From contig JBKAGP010000001.1 of the NCBI GenBank assembly GCA_046290465.1, positions 1,984,001 through 2,048,000 on the forward strand: a stretch of 64,000 bases of DNA. Reading direction: 5' to 3'. Below, one piece after another: positions 45,284 through 55,577 of the stretch (positions are counted from its first letter, which is position 1; each line of letters begins with the position of its first letter). Under the pieces are notes generated by a model. It had not been told where the DNA came from, made no database searches, and worked only from the letters and a program-made list of their open reading frames with translations. Source of the DNA: Planctomycetota bacterium. Its GTDB lineage: Bacteria > Planctomycetota > UBA1135 > UBA2386. Position numbers and translations under genes: made by a program.

Positions 45284-46450
45284 ATGAACAGCGACCGCAA
45301 GACCGGTTTCGGCACCAAGGCGATCCACGCCGGCCAATCCCCCGACCCCAGCACCGGCGCCATCATGACGCCGGTCTACATGACCAGCACCTACGTGCAG
45401 GAGGAGCCGGCGGTCACCAAGGGCTACGACTACAGCCGTTCGGGCAACCCGACGCGCACCGCGCTCGAGGGCAACCTCGCCGGCCTCGAGGGCGGCAAGC
45501 ACGGCCTCGGCTTCGCGTCCGGGATGGCGGCGATCACCTGCGTGATGAACCTGCTGAAGTCCGGCGACCACGTGATCGCCGGCAACGACCTCTACGGCGG
45601 CACCTACCGGCTGCTGCGCACGGTCTACGAGAAGTTCGGCGTCGAGACGACCCTGGTCGACATGACTGACCTGTCGCAGCTCGAGGCCGCGTTCCGCCCC
45701 AACACGGCGCTGGTCATGCTCGAGACGCCGACCAACCCGCTGCTGCGCTGCTGCGACCTCGAGGCGATCGCGGCGATCGCGCGACAGAAGGGCGCGCTGA
45801 CGATGGCCGACAACACGTTCGCGACGCCGTACCTGCAGCAGCCGCTGGCGCTGGGCTGCGACATCGTGATCCACTCGACGACGAAGTACCTCGGCGGCCA
45901 CAGCGACGTCGTCGGCGGCGCGTCGATCTGCAACGACGACGAACTGCAGCAGCGGCTGCAGCACTTCCAGAACAGCTGCGGCGGCACGCCCGGCCCGATG
46001 GACTCGTTCCTGACGCTGCGCGGCACCAAGACGCTGCACGTGCGCATGGACCGCCACTGCGACAACGCCGAGCGCGTCGCCGACTACCTCGCCGGCCACG
46101 ACAAGGTCGCGCGCGTGCACTACCCCGGCATGTCCGAGCACCCGCAGCACGCGATCGCGGCCAAGCAGATGAAGCGCTTCGGCGGCATGGTCTCGGTCGA
46201 GCTGAAGGCGAGCCTCGAGCAGGCGCGCAAGATGATGAGCTCGTTCGAGGTGTTCTCGCTGGCCGAGAGCCTCGGCGGCGTCGAGAGCCTGGTGGACCAC
46301 CCGGCGTCGATGACGCACGCGTCGATCCCGGCGGAGGAGCGGCGAGCCGCCGGCTTGGAGGACGGCCTGATCCGGCTGTCCGTCGGCATCGAGGATGGCG
46401 ACGATCTGATCGCCGATCTCGAGCAGGCGATCGCGCGCGCGATCGCGTGA
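45284..46450 (+). CDS. metB: Cystathionine gamma-synthase / gamma-lyase (PLP-dependent trans-sulfuration enzyme)
   Basis: YSRSGNPTR, FASGMAA, DLYGGT, ETPTNP, DNTF, HSTTKYLGGHSD, AESLGGVESL; exact reaction specificity not resolvable by eye. Confidence 0.88.
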   Translation: MNSDRKTGFGTKAIHAGQSPDPSTGAIMTPVYMTSTYVQEEPAVTKGYDYSRSGNPTRTALEGNLAGLEGGKHGLGFASGMAAITCVMNLLKSGDHVIAGNDLYGGTYRLLRTVYEKFGVETTLVDMTDLSQLEAAFRPNTALVMLETPTNPLLRCCDLEAIAAIARQKGALTMADNTFATPYLQQPLALGCDIVIHSTTKYLGGHSDVVGGASICNDDELQQRLQHFQNSCGGTPGPMDSFLTLRGTKTLHVRMDRHCDNAERVADYLAGHDKVARVHYPGMSEHPQHAIAAKQMKRFGGMVSVELKASLEQARKMMSSFEVFSLAESLGGVESLVDHPASMTHASIPAEERRAAGLEDGLIRLSVGIEDGDDLIADLEQAIARAIA

Positions 46451-46555
46451 AGCAGGGAACGACCGTGACGCCGAGGCGCGAACCTACCCAGGATGGTTCG
46501 CGCGGCCACGGTCCGTACCGTCGGATCCAGGGGGCGAGCCCTGGCGCCGCGGTCG

Positions 46556-46954
46556 CTACGCGTGGCCCTGTGCTTCGTTGTTGTTGGGGTTGGGGTTGCC
46601 GGGCGGCGGCGACGTCGCGGCGCGCGGCTGCGGCGCATCGTCGTCGTCCATCGAGATGTCGCCGCAGTCTTCGCCCGACACCTTCTTGCGCATCAGGCGG
46701 CCGACCTTGAACTTCACGATTCGCTTGGCCGGGACCGGCACCTTCTCGAGCGTGCGCGGGTTCTGCGCGAGCCGGGCCGCGCGTTCGCGCGACTCGAAGA
46801 CGCCGAACTCGCGGAACTCCAAACGGTTGCCTTCTGCGAGTTCGTCGATGATGGCGTTGAGGAAGGATTGGATGACATCCTTCGCAACGACCTTGGTCAC
46901 CCCGGTCTGTTCCGCGATCCGGTGCACCAGCTCTTTCTTGGTGACGGTCTTCAC
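46556..46954 (-). CDS. HU/IHF-family DNA-binding protein
   Basis: GTG start with GGAGG RBS; TKKEL, EFREFGVFE, RLAQNPRT, VKFKVG; acidic/Pro-Asn tail. Confidence 0.93.
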   Translation of the reverse strand: MKTVTKKELVHRIAEQTGVTKVVAKDVIQSFLNAIIDELAEGNRLEFREFGVFESRERAARLAQNPRTLEKVPVPAKRIVKFKVGRLMRKKVSGEDCGDISMDDDDAPQPRAATSPPPGNPNPNNNEAQGHA

Positions 46955-47041
46955 CTTTGCCTCCTGGGTAGTAGGACGCGCGACCGCCGCGGTCGCGCGC
47001 GCGTGCATCAAGTCACGACGAAATATACTGTTGCGAACACG

Positions 47042-47779
47042 GTGTCAGCAAGAGTCCCCGATCATCCCAGGCTGACGTTCGCATCAGCGAATTGGTCGCA
47101 GGTGGCCCGGGAGTTACCCTCCCCGGCGGACCTATCCGCCCGTGGCACCGGAGCATGCGTCACCGATCACCGCAGTTCGTGGGTGCGGGAGGTGGCGGCG
47201 GGGCGCACTCGGTTGTTCGTAAAAACATACGATTACCCGGGTTGGCGAGACCGAACCGGCAACTGGGGTAAGTGGACGGCGCCCTGGCGTCGATCGCGAG
47301 CCGCGCGCGAATGCGCCGCCTTCCGGTGGCTCGCTCGGCACGGTTTCCCGACGCCAGGAGAATACGCCTGCTTCGAGTGGCGCACGCTCGGCTTCGTCCG
47401 CCGGGCGTCGCTGGTGACGACGGCGGTGGCCGGAACGCCGGCCGACCGCTGGCTCGCTGCCGCCGACGAGCCGGAGCGGCGGCGACTCGCTGCGCGCATC
47501 GGACGATTTGTCCGCGACCTGCACGAGCGCGGCTTCCGCGACCGCAACCTCGACCTGCGCAACCTGATCGTCGACGGCGACCGGATCACCAAGATCGACT
47601 CGCCGCGCCACCGCGTCGTCGCCGTCGGCAACCCGGACGACGCGCGTGCCGAGGCCGACTGGCAGCGGCTGCTGCCGCAGTTCGACGCGGACCTGCGCGC
47701 GCTGGTGCGGCCGCCGGCCCGAAGAGACGAACGTGCGGACGAGGCCGGGGGCGAAGGGGCCGTCGACCGCGAGGACTAG
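47042..47779 (+). CDS. Lipopolysaccharide kinase-like protein (Kdo/WaaP/InaA family)
   Basis: LFVKTY, SRAARE, GFPTP, LVT, DLHERGFRDRNLDLRNLIV, KIDSPR; start approximate. Confidence 0.7.
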   Translation: MSARVPDHPRLTFASANWSQVARELPSPADLSARGTGACVTDHRSSWVREVAAGRTRLFVKTYDYPGWRDRTGNWGKWTAPWRRSRAARECAAFRWLARHGFPTPGEYACFEWRTLGFVRRASLVTTAVAGTPADRWLAAADEPERRRLAARIGRFVRDLHERGFRDRNLDLRNLIVDGDRITKIDSPRHRVVAVGNPDDARAEADWQRLLPQFDADLRALVRPPARRDERADEAGGEGAVDRED

Positions 47780-48867
47780 TCCTCGGGCCAGCGCAGGTCG
47801 TCGATCGTCGGCGCGCGTTCGGGACCGGCGCCGAGCAGGTCGGCGATGCGGCCCAGCCGATACGGCACCGCCCACGTCCGTTCGAACTGCTCGTGGCCGT
47901 CGCTCGGTTCGGTCGTCGCCAAGAACATCCGGAACGCCGCGCGCGCCCGCGGCCAGTAGCGGCGCTTGTCCTCGTCGGTCTTCGGCACGATCTCGTAGTA
48001 GAGCAGGCCGATGTTCAGCGCCGCGCGCGCCGTCTGCGGCGCGTCGACCAGCACGCCGATGTACTCCTCGACCGCCGAGCGCGGCACCCCGCGCCGCCAG
48101 ATCGCCGCGGCGAGGTCCATGCGCAGCGCGATCGACCGGTCGCCGTTGGACTGCAGGCGCTTGATCCAGTCCATCGCCTCGTCGACGCGGCCGAGCTTGT
48201 AGAGCAGCAGCGTCACGAACTCACGCGCGGCCTCGGTGTCGGCCGGACGCGCCCGCAGGTAGGTCCGGTAGTCGATCGCCGACTCCTCGTTGCGACCGAG
48301 TTCGGCCAGCACCTGCGCCCGCTCCAACCGCGCCTCGGCCAGCTCCGCGTCGCGCCCCACCGCCCGTTCGAAGTCACCGAGCGCCTCGGACAACCGACCC
48401 TGGCCACGGTTGACGCGACCGAGCGACAGGTGCGCCCACGCAAACCCCGGGTGCCCCGACAGGATCTTCTGCAGGTCGTTGGCCTGCGCATAGGCGGTCT
48501 CGGCGAGCCGCGCGCGCAGGTAGGCCGGCACCGGCGAACGGCGGTCCTCGGCCTTGCTGTAGAACGCGACCATGCGCTGTTCGACGTCGCCACCGGCCCG
48601 CCGCGCCGCGTCCTGGTAGGCGAGGTGCGCGCGCACCAGGTCCGGACAGCGTGCCGCGACCCGCTCGAGCAGCGGCAGCGCCCGCTGGTCGTCGCCCTTC
48701 TGCAGCGCCGTCCGCGCGTCCTGCCACGCCGCCAGGCTCTCGGGGTCGTCGCAGCCGTCGACCGGCACGCCGGTTCCCGAACCGCCGGAACCGCCGCCGA
48801 ACAGCTCACAGCCGGCCGCCACGACGGCGACCGAGCACACCAGCAGCACGCGCGTGATCGCCCGCAT
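47776..48867 (-). CDS. TPR-repeat lipoprotein
   Basis: Lipobox AAGC; helical repeats such as AWAHLSLGRV...ALGDFERAV, ARAALNIGLLYY. Confidence 0.82.
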   Translation of the reverse strand: MRAITRVLLVCSVAVVAAGCELFGGGSGGSGTGVPVDGCDDPESLAAWQDARTALQKGDDQRALPLLERVAARCPDLVRAHLAYQDAARRAGGDVEQRMVAFYSKAEDRRSPVPAYLRARLAETAYAQANDLQKILSGHPGFAWAHLSLGRVNRGQGRLSEALGDFERAVGRDAELAEARLERAQVLAELGRNEESAIDYRTYLRARPADTEAAREFVTLLLYKLGRVDEAMDWIKRLQSNGDRSIALRMDLAAAIWRRGVPRSAVEEYIGVLVDAPQTARAALNIGLLYYEIVPKTDEDKRRYWPRARAAFRMFLATTEPSDGHEQFERTWAVPYRLGRIADLLGAGPERAPTIDDLRWPED

Positions 48868-48869
48868 CC

Positions 48870-49406
48870 CTACTTCATCACCCCGTCGACGATCGAGAAC
48901 GAGCGCACGTCGCGCGGCTTGGCGCCGGCCTCCTGCACCATCAGGATCGGCCCCTTCGCCTCCGCCGACAGCGCCATCTCGCCGCGCTCGCGCACCCGCA
49001 GCGTGAACTGGTTCATCACCTTGAAGGTCGTGCGCGGCCCCGGCTTCCTGGCCACCTCGGTCGGATCGGCCGGCTCGCCGATCGTCACCGTGAACCAGCC
49101 GTCGCTGGTGCCGGTCAGGTTGGTCCAGACCTTCTCGACCTGCGCCGTCTTCTCGACGCGCTCGAACCGATGCCGCTTCGGATCGACGCCCGGATTGCTG
49201 ACGTGCCGGTGGAAGTTCGGCGTCACCTCGACGATCAGCTCGTTGCACGCCACGGTCCGTTCCTGCAGGTACGGCATCAGCAGCTGGCGCTCGGCGAGCT
49301 GCGCCTTCTCGTCCGAGACCGGCGTCGACGCGCACCCGGCGAACAGCAACATGGCGACGGCCGGAACGGCGATGCGGCCGGGCCGCGCGGTGGTCTGCAT
49401 GGTCAT
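48870..49406 (-). CDS. Hypothetical lipoprotein (178 aa)
   Basis: GGAGG RBS, lipobox FAGC, coding-like codon use, stop 2 bp before the TPR gene start. Confidence 0.75.
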   Translation of the reverse strand: MTMQTTARPGRIAVPAVAMLLFAGCASTPVSDEKAQLAERQLLMPYLQERTVACNELIVEVTPNFHRHVSNPGVDPKRHRFERVEKTAQVEKVWTNLTGTSDGWFTVTIGEPADPTEVARKPGPRTTFKVMNQFTLRVRERGEMALSAEAKGPILMVQEAGAKPRDVRSFSIVDGVMK

Positions 49407-49507
49407 CTGGCTCCCTCCGGTGGCGCGGGCCTGCGCGAGCACCGCGCCGGCCGACCACCGCCCCCGTTGTAGCGCCGCCCTGTGCCGAACGCGACCAGCA
49501 GGTCCGC

Positions 49508-51637
49508 TCAGAGCATGGCGCGCACGTCGACGGCGACGCTGCCATGCTCGTAGGCGAACACCGGGTTGATCTCCAGTTCGACGATCTCCGAGTTGCTGCG
49601 GGCGCACTCGGCGAGGCCCATGACCGCGTCGACGAGCCCCTCGAGGTCGACCGGGCGGCTGCCCCGGTGGCCGGTGAGCAGCTGCGCCGTCTTGATCTCG
49701 GACAGCATCGCGCGAACGTCCTCGCGCGTGACCGGGAGCAGCCGCATCGCGACGTCCTTGAGCACCTCGACCGCGACGCCCCCCATGCCGACCACCAGCA
49801 CGCCGCCGTACTGCGGATCGCGCTTGTAGCCGATCAGCAGTTCGGCGACCGGCTTGGGCAGCATCGGCAGCACCAGCACGCCGCGGATCTCCGGCTTCTG
49901 GCCGCGCGTCGCGCAGTAGGCGCGCACGCTCGTCTCGATCTCCTCGTAGACCTGCCGCGCCTCGCTGGTCTTGACGCCGAGACGCACGCCGCCGGCATCG
50001 GTCTTGTGCGACACCGACGCGGCGACGACCTTGAGGACCGCGGTGCCGCCGCACTCGGCGACCGCCTCCTCGACCTGCTCGGGCGTCTCGCAGACGGTGC
50101 CGGGCACGACCCGCACGCCGTAGCCTGCCACCAGCTCGCGCGCCTCGGTCTCGAGCAGCACCTTGCGCTCCTCGTCGCGAACGGCGCTGAGGCCCGCCCA
50201 CTTGCTGCTCGGCTTCGGCGGCGTGCCGCGGCGCTGGCTGAGGCGGCGACCGCGATGGAAGCACGCGGCGGCGCAGCGGCACGCGACCTCGAGCGAACGG
50301 ACCACCGGCACCCCGGCCTGGCGCAGCACGTCCAGCGGTTCGCTCGGCGCGTCCGCGTACAAGCTGTGCACGACCAGCGCCCGGTTGTGCTTGCGGCCGC
50401 ACTCGACCAGGGCCTGCGCCGCGGCGACCTCGCGGGCCAGCAGCTCGGCGGCGAACCGCCGGTGGTAGCCGCCGAACAGGCCGACGATCAGCACGGTGCC
50501 GACGTGGTCGTCCTCCATGATCGCCTCGACGCAGCGCGCGAACGCCATCGGATCGGCGTCGGCGCGGCCGGCGAGGTCCAGCGGGTTGCCGACCTCGCCG
50601 CCGACCTCGGCGCGCAGCGTCGCGACCGTCGGCGACGCGAGCTCGACCAGGTCGACCTGCAGGTTGTGCAGCGCGTCGGCGGCGAGCGTGCCGTGGCCAC
50701 CGCCGTCGGTGATCACCGCGAGGCCGCGGTAGCCGCCGCGGGTCGGCTGCGAGGCCAGCGTCTCGGCGACGTGGAACAGCTCGTCCGAGCGCCGCACGTG
50801 CTCGACGCCGGCGCTGCGCAGGCCGGCGCGGAACACCGGGTAGCTGCCCGCCAGCGCGCCGGTGTGCGAACGCGCGGCCGCCTTGCCGCGCACCGTGGCC
50901 CCGCCCTTCAGCAGGATCACCGGCTTCTTCATCGCGACCTCCTGCGCCACCTCGAGGAAGCGGCGGCCGGCGCGGAAGCCCTCGACGTACATCGCGATCG
51001 CGGTCGTGTTCGGTTCGTCGGCGAGGTAGCTCAGGTACTCGTCGAAGCGCAGGTCGGTCTCGTTGCCGACCCCGATCACCACCGAGAAGCCGACCCGCGA
51101 GCGCCGCATCGACTCGATCATGAACTGCAGCGAGACGTTTCCCGACTGCGACAGCAGCGCGATCCGACCGGCCGGAACGTCCGGCACGCCGATCAGGTTG
51201 AGGCCGAGGTGCGGGTTGAGGATGCCCGACGTGTTGGGGCCGACGATGCGCACGCCGGTGTCCGCCACCGCCTGGCGCAGCTGGTCCTCGAGCGCCAGGC
51301 CTTCGGGACCGCTCTCGCCGAAGCCGAGCGCCAGCACCACCGCCCCGGCGATGCCGCGCGCGCCGCACTCGCGGACCACGGCCGGCACCGACGCGGCCGG
51401 CGTGCACACCAGCGCCAGGTCGACGTCGCCCTCGATCTCGTCGAGCGAACGGACCATCGTCATCCCCAGGACCTCCCCGCCCTTGGGGTTCAAGGCGTGG
51501 ATGCGCCCCTTGTACGACGCCTGCTTGAGCGCCGCGATCGCCTGGTAGCCACGCTTCTCGGGGTTGGCAGAGGCGCCGACGACGACGACGCTCTGCGGGC
51601 TGAAGATCCGCGACAGCGCGGAGTCGGCATCACTCAT
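49508..51637 (-). CDS. ADP-forming acyl-CoA synthetase (acetate-CoA ligase family, alpha-beta fusion)
   Basis: PQSVVVVGAS, IVGPN, SQSG, GNE, phospho-His ARSHTGALAG, NPLDL, ATP-grasp HKTDAGGV, ELEINP; no GNAT domain. Confidence 0.92.
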   Translation of the reverse strand: MSDADSALSRIFSPQSVVVVGASANPEKRGYQAIAALKQASYKGRIHALNPKGGEVLGMTMVRSLDEIEGDVDLALVCTPAASVPAVVRECGARGIAGAVVLALGFGESGPEGLALEDQLRQAVADTGVRIVGPNTSGILNPHLGLNLIGVPDVPAGRIALLSQSGNVSLQFMIESMRRSRVGFSVVIGVGNETDLRFDEYLSYLADEPNTTAIAMYVEGFRAGRRFLEVAQEVAMKKPVILLKGGATVRGKAAARSHTGALAGSYPVFRAGLRSAGVEHVRRSDELFHVAETLASQPTRGGYRGLAVITDGGGHGTLAADALHNLQVDLVELASPTVATLRAEVGGEVGNPLDLAGRADADPMAFARCVEAIMEDDHVGTVLIVGLFGGYHRRFAAELLAREVAAAQALVECGRKHNRALVVHSLYADAPSEPLDVLRQAGVPVVRSLEVACRCAAACFHRGRRLSQRRGTPPKPSSKWAGLSAVRDEERKVLLETEARELVAGYGVRVVPGTVCETPEQVEEAVAECGGTAVLKVVAASVSHKTDAGGVRLGVKTSEARQVYEEIETSVRAYCATRGQKPEIRGVLVLPMLPKPVAELLIGYKRDPQYGGVLVVGMGGVAVEVLKDVAMRLLPVTREDVRAMLSEIKTAQLLTGHRGSRPVDLEGLVDAVMGLAECARSNSEIVELEINPVFAYEHGSVAVDVRAML

Positions 51638-52417
51638 TCATTCACCTCGGAAGACGGGCGCCCGCTTCTCGCGGAACGCGGCGAGACCTTCGTGCCAGTC
51701 GGCGCTGCCGATGCAGGACGCCAGCGCGTCGCGTTCGGCCCGCAGCAGCTCGGCGGTGCGCAGGTCGCGCGCCTGCCGCAGCAGCTGCTTGGCGAACGCG
51801 ATCGAGCGCGGCGCCTTCGCGGCCAGCTCGTCGGCCAGCGCCTCGGCGCGGCCGCCGACCTCGTCGGCCGGCGCGGCTTCGTTGCAGACGCCCCACGACG
51901 CGGCATCGGCGCCGCGGAAGAAGCGGCCGAGCAGCAGCAGTTCGCGGGCCCGCGTCATGCCGACGCGCTCGACCAGCGTGAAGGTCGTGCCACCGCCGAC
52001 GAACGTGCCGAGCACGAACTCGGGAAAGCGCAGCTTGGCCTCGTCGGCGACCACCGACAGGTCGCACGCCAGCGCCAGCTCGAGGCCCGCCCCGATCGCG
52101 TGGCCGTGCACCGCGGCGACGACCGGCTTGGGGCAGTCCATGATCGCGGCGGCGGCATCCTGGCCGTACTGCGCGTAGCGGCGCTTCTCCTCCTCGCTGC
52201 GCTCGGTGACGCCGTGGTCCTTCAGGTCGGCGCCGACGCAGAACGCGCGGCCGGCCCCGCGCAGCAGCACGACCCGGACCGAGGCGTCGGCCGCGGCGTC
52301 GGCGAGCGCGCGCACGAGCCCTTCGTAGAGCTCCTCGGTGACCGCGTTGAGGCGGTCGGGCCGGTTCATCGTCAACTCGCACCGGTCGCCATGTCTGGCG
52401 ACGAGGAGGTCTGGCAT
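51638..52417 (-). CDS. Enoyl-CoA hydratase/isomerase
   Basis: MNRPDRLNA, AFCVGADL, PKPVVAAVHGHAIGAGLELALACD, FPE, AFREKRAP.F. Confidence 0.93.
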   Translation of the reverse strand: MPDLLVARHGDRCELTMNRPDRLNAVTEELYEGLVRALADAAADASVRVVLLRGAGRAFCVGADLKDHGVTERSEEEKRRYAQYGQDAAAAIMDCPKPVVAAVHGHAIGAGLELALACDLSVVADEAKLRFPEFVLGTFVGGGTTFTLVERVGMTRARELLLLGRFFRGADAASWGVCNEAAPADEVGGRAEALADELAAKAPRSIAFAKQLLRQARDLRTAELLRAERDALASCIGSADWHEGLAAFREKRAPVFRGE

Positions 52418-52577
52418 GCACGGAATCGTTCCGGGTGCGACGCGCGGCGGCAACGTTCGTATCGCCACGACGCCAACTTTTGCGACACGCGCCTCGCCTC
52501 TGTGCGCTGGTCGCGGGCCGTCGACGATTCTCCGCGTGCGGAGCCGCACCTTCTCTGGCATCCTCCCATCCCACTGC

Positions 52578-54011
52578 ATGGCGCGCACGAGCCGGAACCT
52601 GACCGCAGCCCTGCTGCTCCTGCTGAGCGCGGGCTGCTCGATGATGCCGCGCGAACTCAACCTGACCCCGGTCTGGTTCCACCGCCTCGACGCCGAGGGC
52701 AACCTGCTCGAATGGGACGCCGCCTGGCCGATCCTGCACTACGAGCGCACGCCCGAGGGCGGTGACGACTTCCGGGTGCGGCCGCTGTATCGCCGCGTCA
52801 CCCACCCGGTCGAGGAACTGCCGCAGGACTCGTCGGTCGACCACCAGTTCGTCTGGCCGTTCGGCCGCGTGCAGAGCTACCCCGACCAGACCCACGCCCG
52901 GCTGTTCCCGCTGTTCTCGTGGCGCACGGCCTACGACGAGGAGGGCCGCGCCGACACCGACTGGTATGCGCTGTTCCCGCTGCTGTGGGGCGGCAGCGGC
53001 GGCGGCGGCGAGGACTACTTCGCGTTCTTCCCGTTCTACGCCGACATCCCCGAGTTCCTCAGCTACCGGCGCTTCCGCACGGTGCTGTTCCCGCTGTGGG
53101 TCGGCCTCGAAAAGCGGGACCACCACCACCAGCTCGTGCTGTGGCCGCTGATCGGCTGGAGCGACTGCGAGGGCGGCCACAGCTGGTTCCGGATCCTGCC
53201 GTTCTACGGCCACGACATCGAGCGCGGCCGCCACGAACGTCGCTTCGCGCTGTGGCCGTTCGTGTCGTGGGGCCAGGAGAACCAGGACGCGCGCTCGGGC
53301 CCGGTCGACACGTTCTTCCTGTTCCCGTTCTTCGGCTGGCGCAGCGGCCCCGAGGTCACCGGCTGGACGGCGCTGTGGCCGTTCTTCAGCGCCACCAGCC
53401 TGCGCGACGACTTCTTCGTGCTGAACCTGTTCTGGCCGTTCTACCGCTACTACTGGAACCGCCTCGAGGACAACGTCACGACCTGGTGGATCTGGCCGTT
53501 CTTCAGCCGGACCGTCAGCGACGACCAGCGCGGCTGGACGGCGCTGTGGCCGCTGCTGTGGTGGCGCGAGTTCGACAACCCCGAAGGCCAGAGCCGCTAC
53601 CAGCACGTCGTGCCGTTCTACACGCGCGTCGCCGAGGACTACGAGGACGGCCGTTCGCGCCGCTACCTGCGCTTCTGGCCGCTCGCGCACCACGACTACC
53701 AGTACGACGCCGACGGGGCCCCGACCCGCGGCGAGTGGAGCGTGCTGTCGCCGCTCTGGGGGCGTGAGACGCTGACCAACGGCTTGCAGGAGGCCTACGG
53801 GCCGTTCTGGGAGCTGGCCCGCGGCGTCACCCGCAGCAAGGACGACCACGCCGTCGACGTGCTCGGCCGCGTCTACACGCATCGCACCCGCGCAGACGGC
53901 ACCACGGCCAGCGTGCCGCTGCTGTTCAACTACGAAGAAGACGAGGCTGGCGCGCGCACGCTGCGGCTGTTCCAGTTCCTGCCGATCCCGCTCGGGGGAG
54001 GCGACGAATGA
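52578..54011 (+). CDS. Aromatic-rich repeat lipoprotein (about 18-20 x [LFI][WF]P[FL][FY] motifs), first gene of the MCE operon
   Basis: Start MARTSRNL, lipobox SAGC; recurring LWPF/LFPL/FWPF motifs every 17-25 aa; stop overlaps mlaE ATG (ATGA). Confidence 0.8.
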   Translation: MARTSRNLTAALLLLLSAGCSMMPRELNLTPVWFHRLDAEGNLLEWDAAWPILHYERTPEGGDDFRVRPLYRRVTHPVEELPQDSSVDHQFVWPFGRVQSYPDQTHARLFPLFSWRTAYDEEGRADTDWYALFPLLWGGSGGGGEDYFAFFPFYADIPEFLSYRRFRTVLFPLWVGLEKRDHHHQLVLWPLIGWSDCEGGHSWFRILPFYGHDIERGRHERRFALWPFVSWGQENQDARSGPVDTFFLFPFFGWRSGPEVTGWTALWPFFSATSLRDDFFVLNLFWPFYRYYWNRLEDNVTTWWIWPFFSRTVSDDQRGWTALWPLLWWREFDNPEGQSRYQHVVPFYTRVAEDYEDGRSRRYLRFWPLAHHDYQYDADGAPTRGEWSVLSPLWGRETLTNGLQEAYGPFWELARGVTRSKDDHAVDVLGRVYTHRTRADGTTASVPLLFNYEEDEAGARTLRLFQFLPIPLGGGDE

Positions 54012-54802
54012 ACCCGCTGGCCGCGACCACACGACTGCTCTCGGAGCGCACCGAAGGTGCCGGCTACGTCGTCAACCTGCTGCTGCGCACGTTCCTGGCG
54101 CTGCCGCGCGTGCACCGGCGGCTGCGCTTCCTGCTCGACAACGCCTTCAACGCGGGCGTGCGGGCGCTGCCGGTGACGGTGATCGTCGCGGCGTTCGCCG
54201 GCGCGATCCTGGCGATGCAGACCGGCATCGAACTGCGTCGCTTCGGCGACACCGCGGTGCTCGGCACGATCACGGCGCTGTCGATGTGCCGCGAGATGGG
54301 ACCGTTCATCACCGGCGTGATCCTCGCCGCGACGGTCGGCTCGGCGATCGCCGCCGAACTCGGCACGATGAAGGTCTCGGACGAGATCGACGCGCTCGAG
54401 GTGATGTCGATCGACCCGGTCGACTACCTGGTGTTGCCGCGCGTATTGGCGATGGCCGTGATGTGCCCGACGCTGACCGTGCTGTCCAACCTGATCGGCA
54501 TCTACGGCGGCAGCGTCATCGCCGAGCAGAACCTCGGCGTCACCCCCGACCTCTACTGGATCAGCGCGGTCGAGGCGCTGACCTCGTCGGGAACGATCCT
54601 GCCCAAGGAGGTCTACGTCGGCCTGCTGAAGTCGTTCGTGTTCGGCGTGACGATCGCGACGGTCAGCTGCGCTGCCGGCCTCAAGGCGCGCGGCGGCGCG
54701 CTCGGCGTCGGCCTCGCCGTGCAGACCGCCGTGCGCAACTCGGTGATCCTGATCATCGTGCTCGGCTTCGTCGTCACCTGGTTCTTCTACTTCCTGGCCT
54801 GA
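54008..54802 (+). CDS. mlaE: MlaE-family ABC transporter permease
   Basis: REMGPFITG, GSAIAAELGTMKVSDEIDALEVM.IDP..YLVLPR, GGALGVG. Confidence 0.95.
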   Translation: MNPLAATTRLLSERTEGAGYVVNLLLRTFLALPRVHRRLRFLLDNAFNAGVRALPVTVIVAAFAGAILAMQTGIELRRFGDTAVLGTITALSMCREMGPFITGVILAATVGSAIAAELGTMKVSDEIDALEVMSIDPVDYLVLPRVLAMAVMCPTLTVLSNLIGIYGGSVIAEQNLGVTPDLYWISAVEALTSSGTILPKEVYVGLLKSFVFGVTIATVSCAAGLKARGGALGVGLAVQTAVRNSVILIIVLGFVVTWFFYFLA

Positions 54803-54815
54803 CCGTCCCGCCCCG

Positions 54816-55544
54816 ATGATCGAACTCGAGAACGTGCACAAGCGCCTCGGCGAACGGGACATCCTCAAGGGCCTGACGCTGCAGATCCCCAAAGGCGTCA
54901 ACTTCGTGCTGATGGGCCCGTCGGGCACCGGCAAGTCGGTCACGCTCAAGCACGTGATCGGCATCTTCAAGCCGGACCAGGGCAGCGTGCTGGTCGACGG
55001 CCAGGACGTGCCGGCGATGGACAACAAGCAGCTGATGGCGCTGCGCAAGCGCATGGGCTACCTGTTCCAGAACGGTGCGCTGATCAACTGGCTGAGCGTC
55101 GAGGACAACGTCGCGCTGCCGCTCCGGGAACACAGCCGCCTGCCGAAGGCCGAGCTGCAGGACCGCGTGCACGAGGTGCTCAAGCTGGTCGGCATGGACC
55201 ACGCCGCCAGGCAAGGCCCGCCGGACATCTCCGGCGGCATGAAGCTGCGCGCCGGCCTCGCGCGCGCGCTCGTGACCAACCCCGAGTACGTGCTCTACGA
55301 CGAGCCCAACGCCGGCCTCGACCCGATCATCAGCCAGCAGATCCACGAACTGATCGCCGAGGTCCGCGACCGCCTGTCGGTCACCGGTCTGATCGTCACG
55401 CACTCGCGCGCCTGCGCGACCCAGTGCGGCGACCGCATCGGCATCCTCGAGGACGGCAAGATCGGCATCGAGGGCAGCGTCGACGAGATCGTCGCGAGCG
55501 ACCACCCGCTGGCGCGCGCCTTCATGGGCGAAGGCTCGGACTGA
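54816..55544 (+). CDS. mlaF: MlaF-family ABC transporter ATPase
   Basis: GPSGTGKS, YLFQNGAL, ISGGMK, LYDEPNAGLDP, IVTH. Confidence 0.93.
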   Translation: MIELENVHKRLGERDILKGLTLQIPKGVNFVLMGPSGTGKSVTLKHVIGIFKPDQGSVLVDGQDVPAMDNKQLMALRKRMGYLFQNGALINWLSVEDNVALPLREHSRLPKAELQDRVHEVLKLVGMDHAARQGPPDISGGMKLRAGLARALVTNPEYVLYDEPNAGLDPIISQQIHELIAEVRDRLSVTGLIVTHSRACATQCGDRIGILEDGKIGIEGSVDEIVASDHPLARAFMGEGSD

Positions 55545-55577
55545 CCCAAGGCACCCACCGGCACCAAGGAACGGACC

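Noticed and set aside
49508..51637. Protein lysine acetyltransferase Pat/PatZ
   Set aside because: No GNAT domain, and the catalytic His (SHTG) of ADP-forming ligases is retained.
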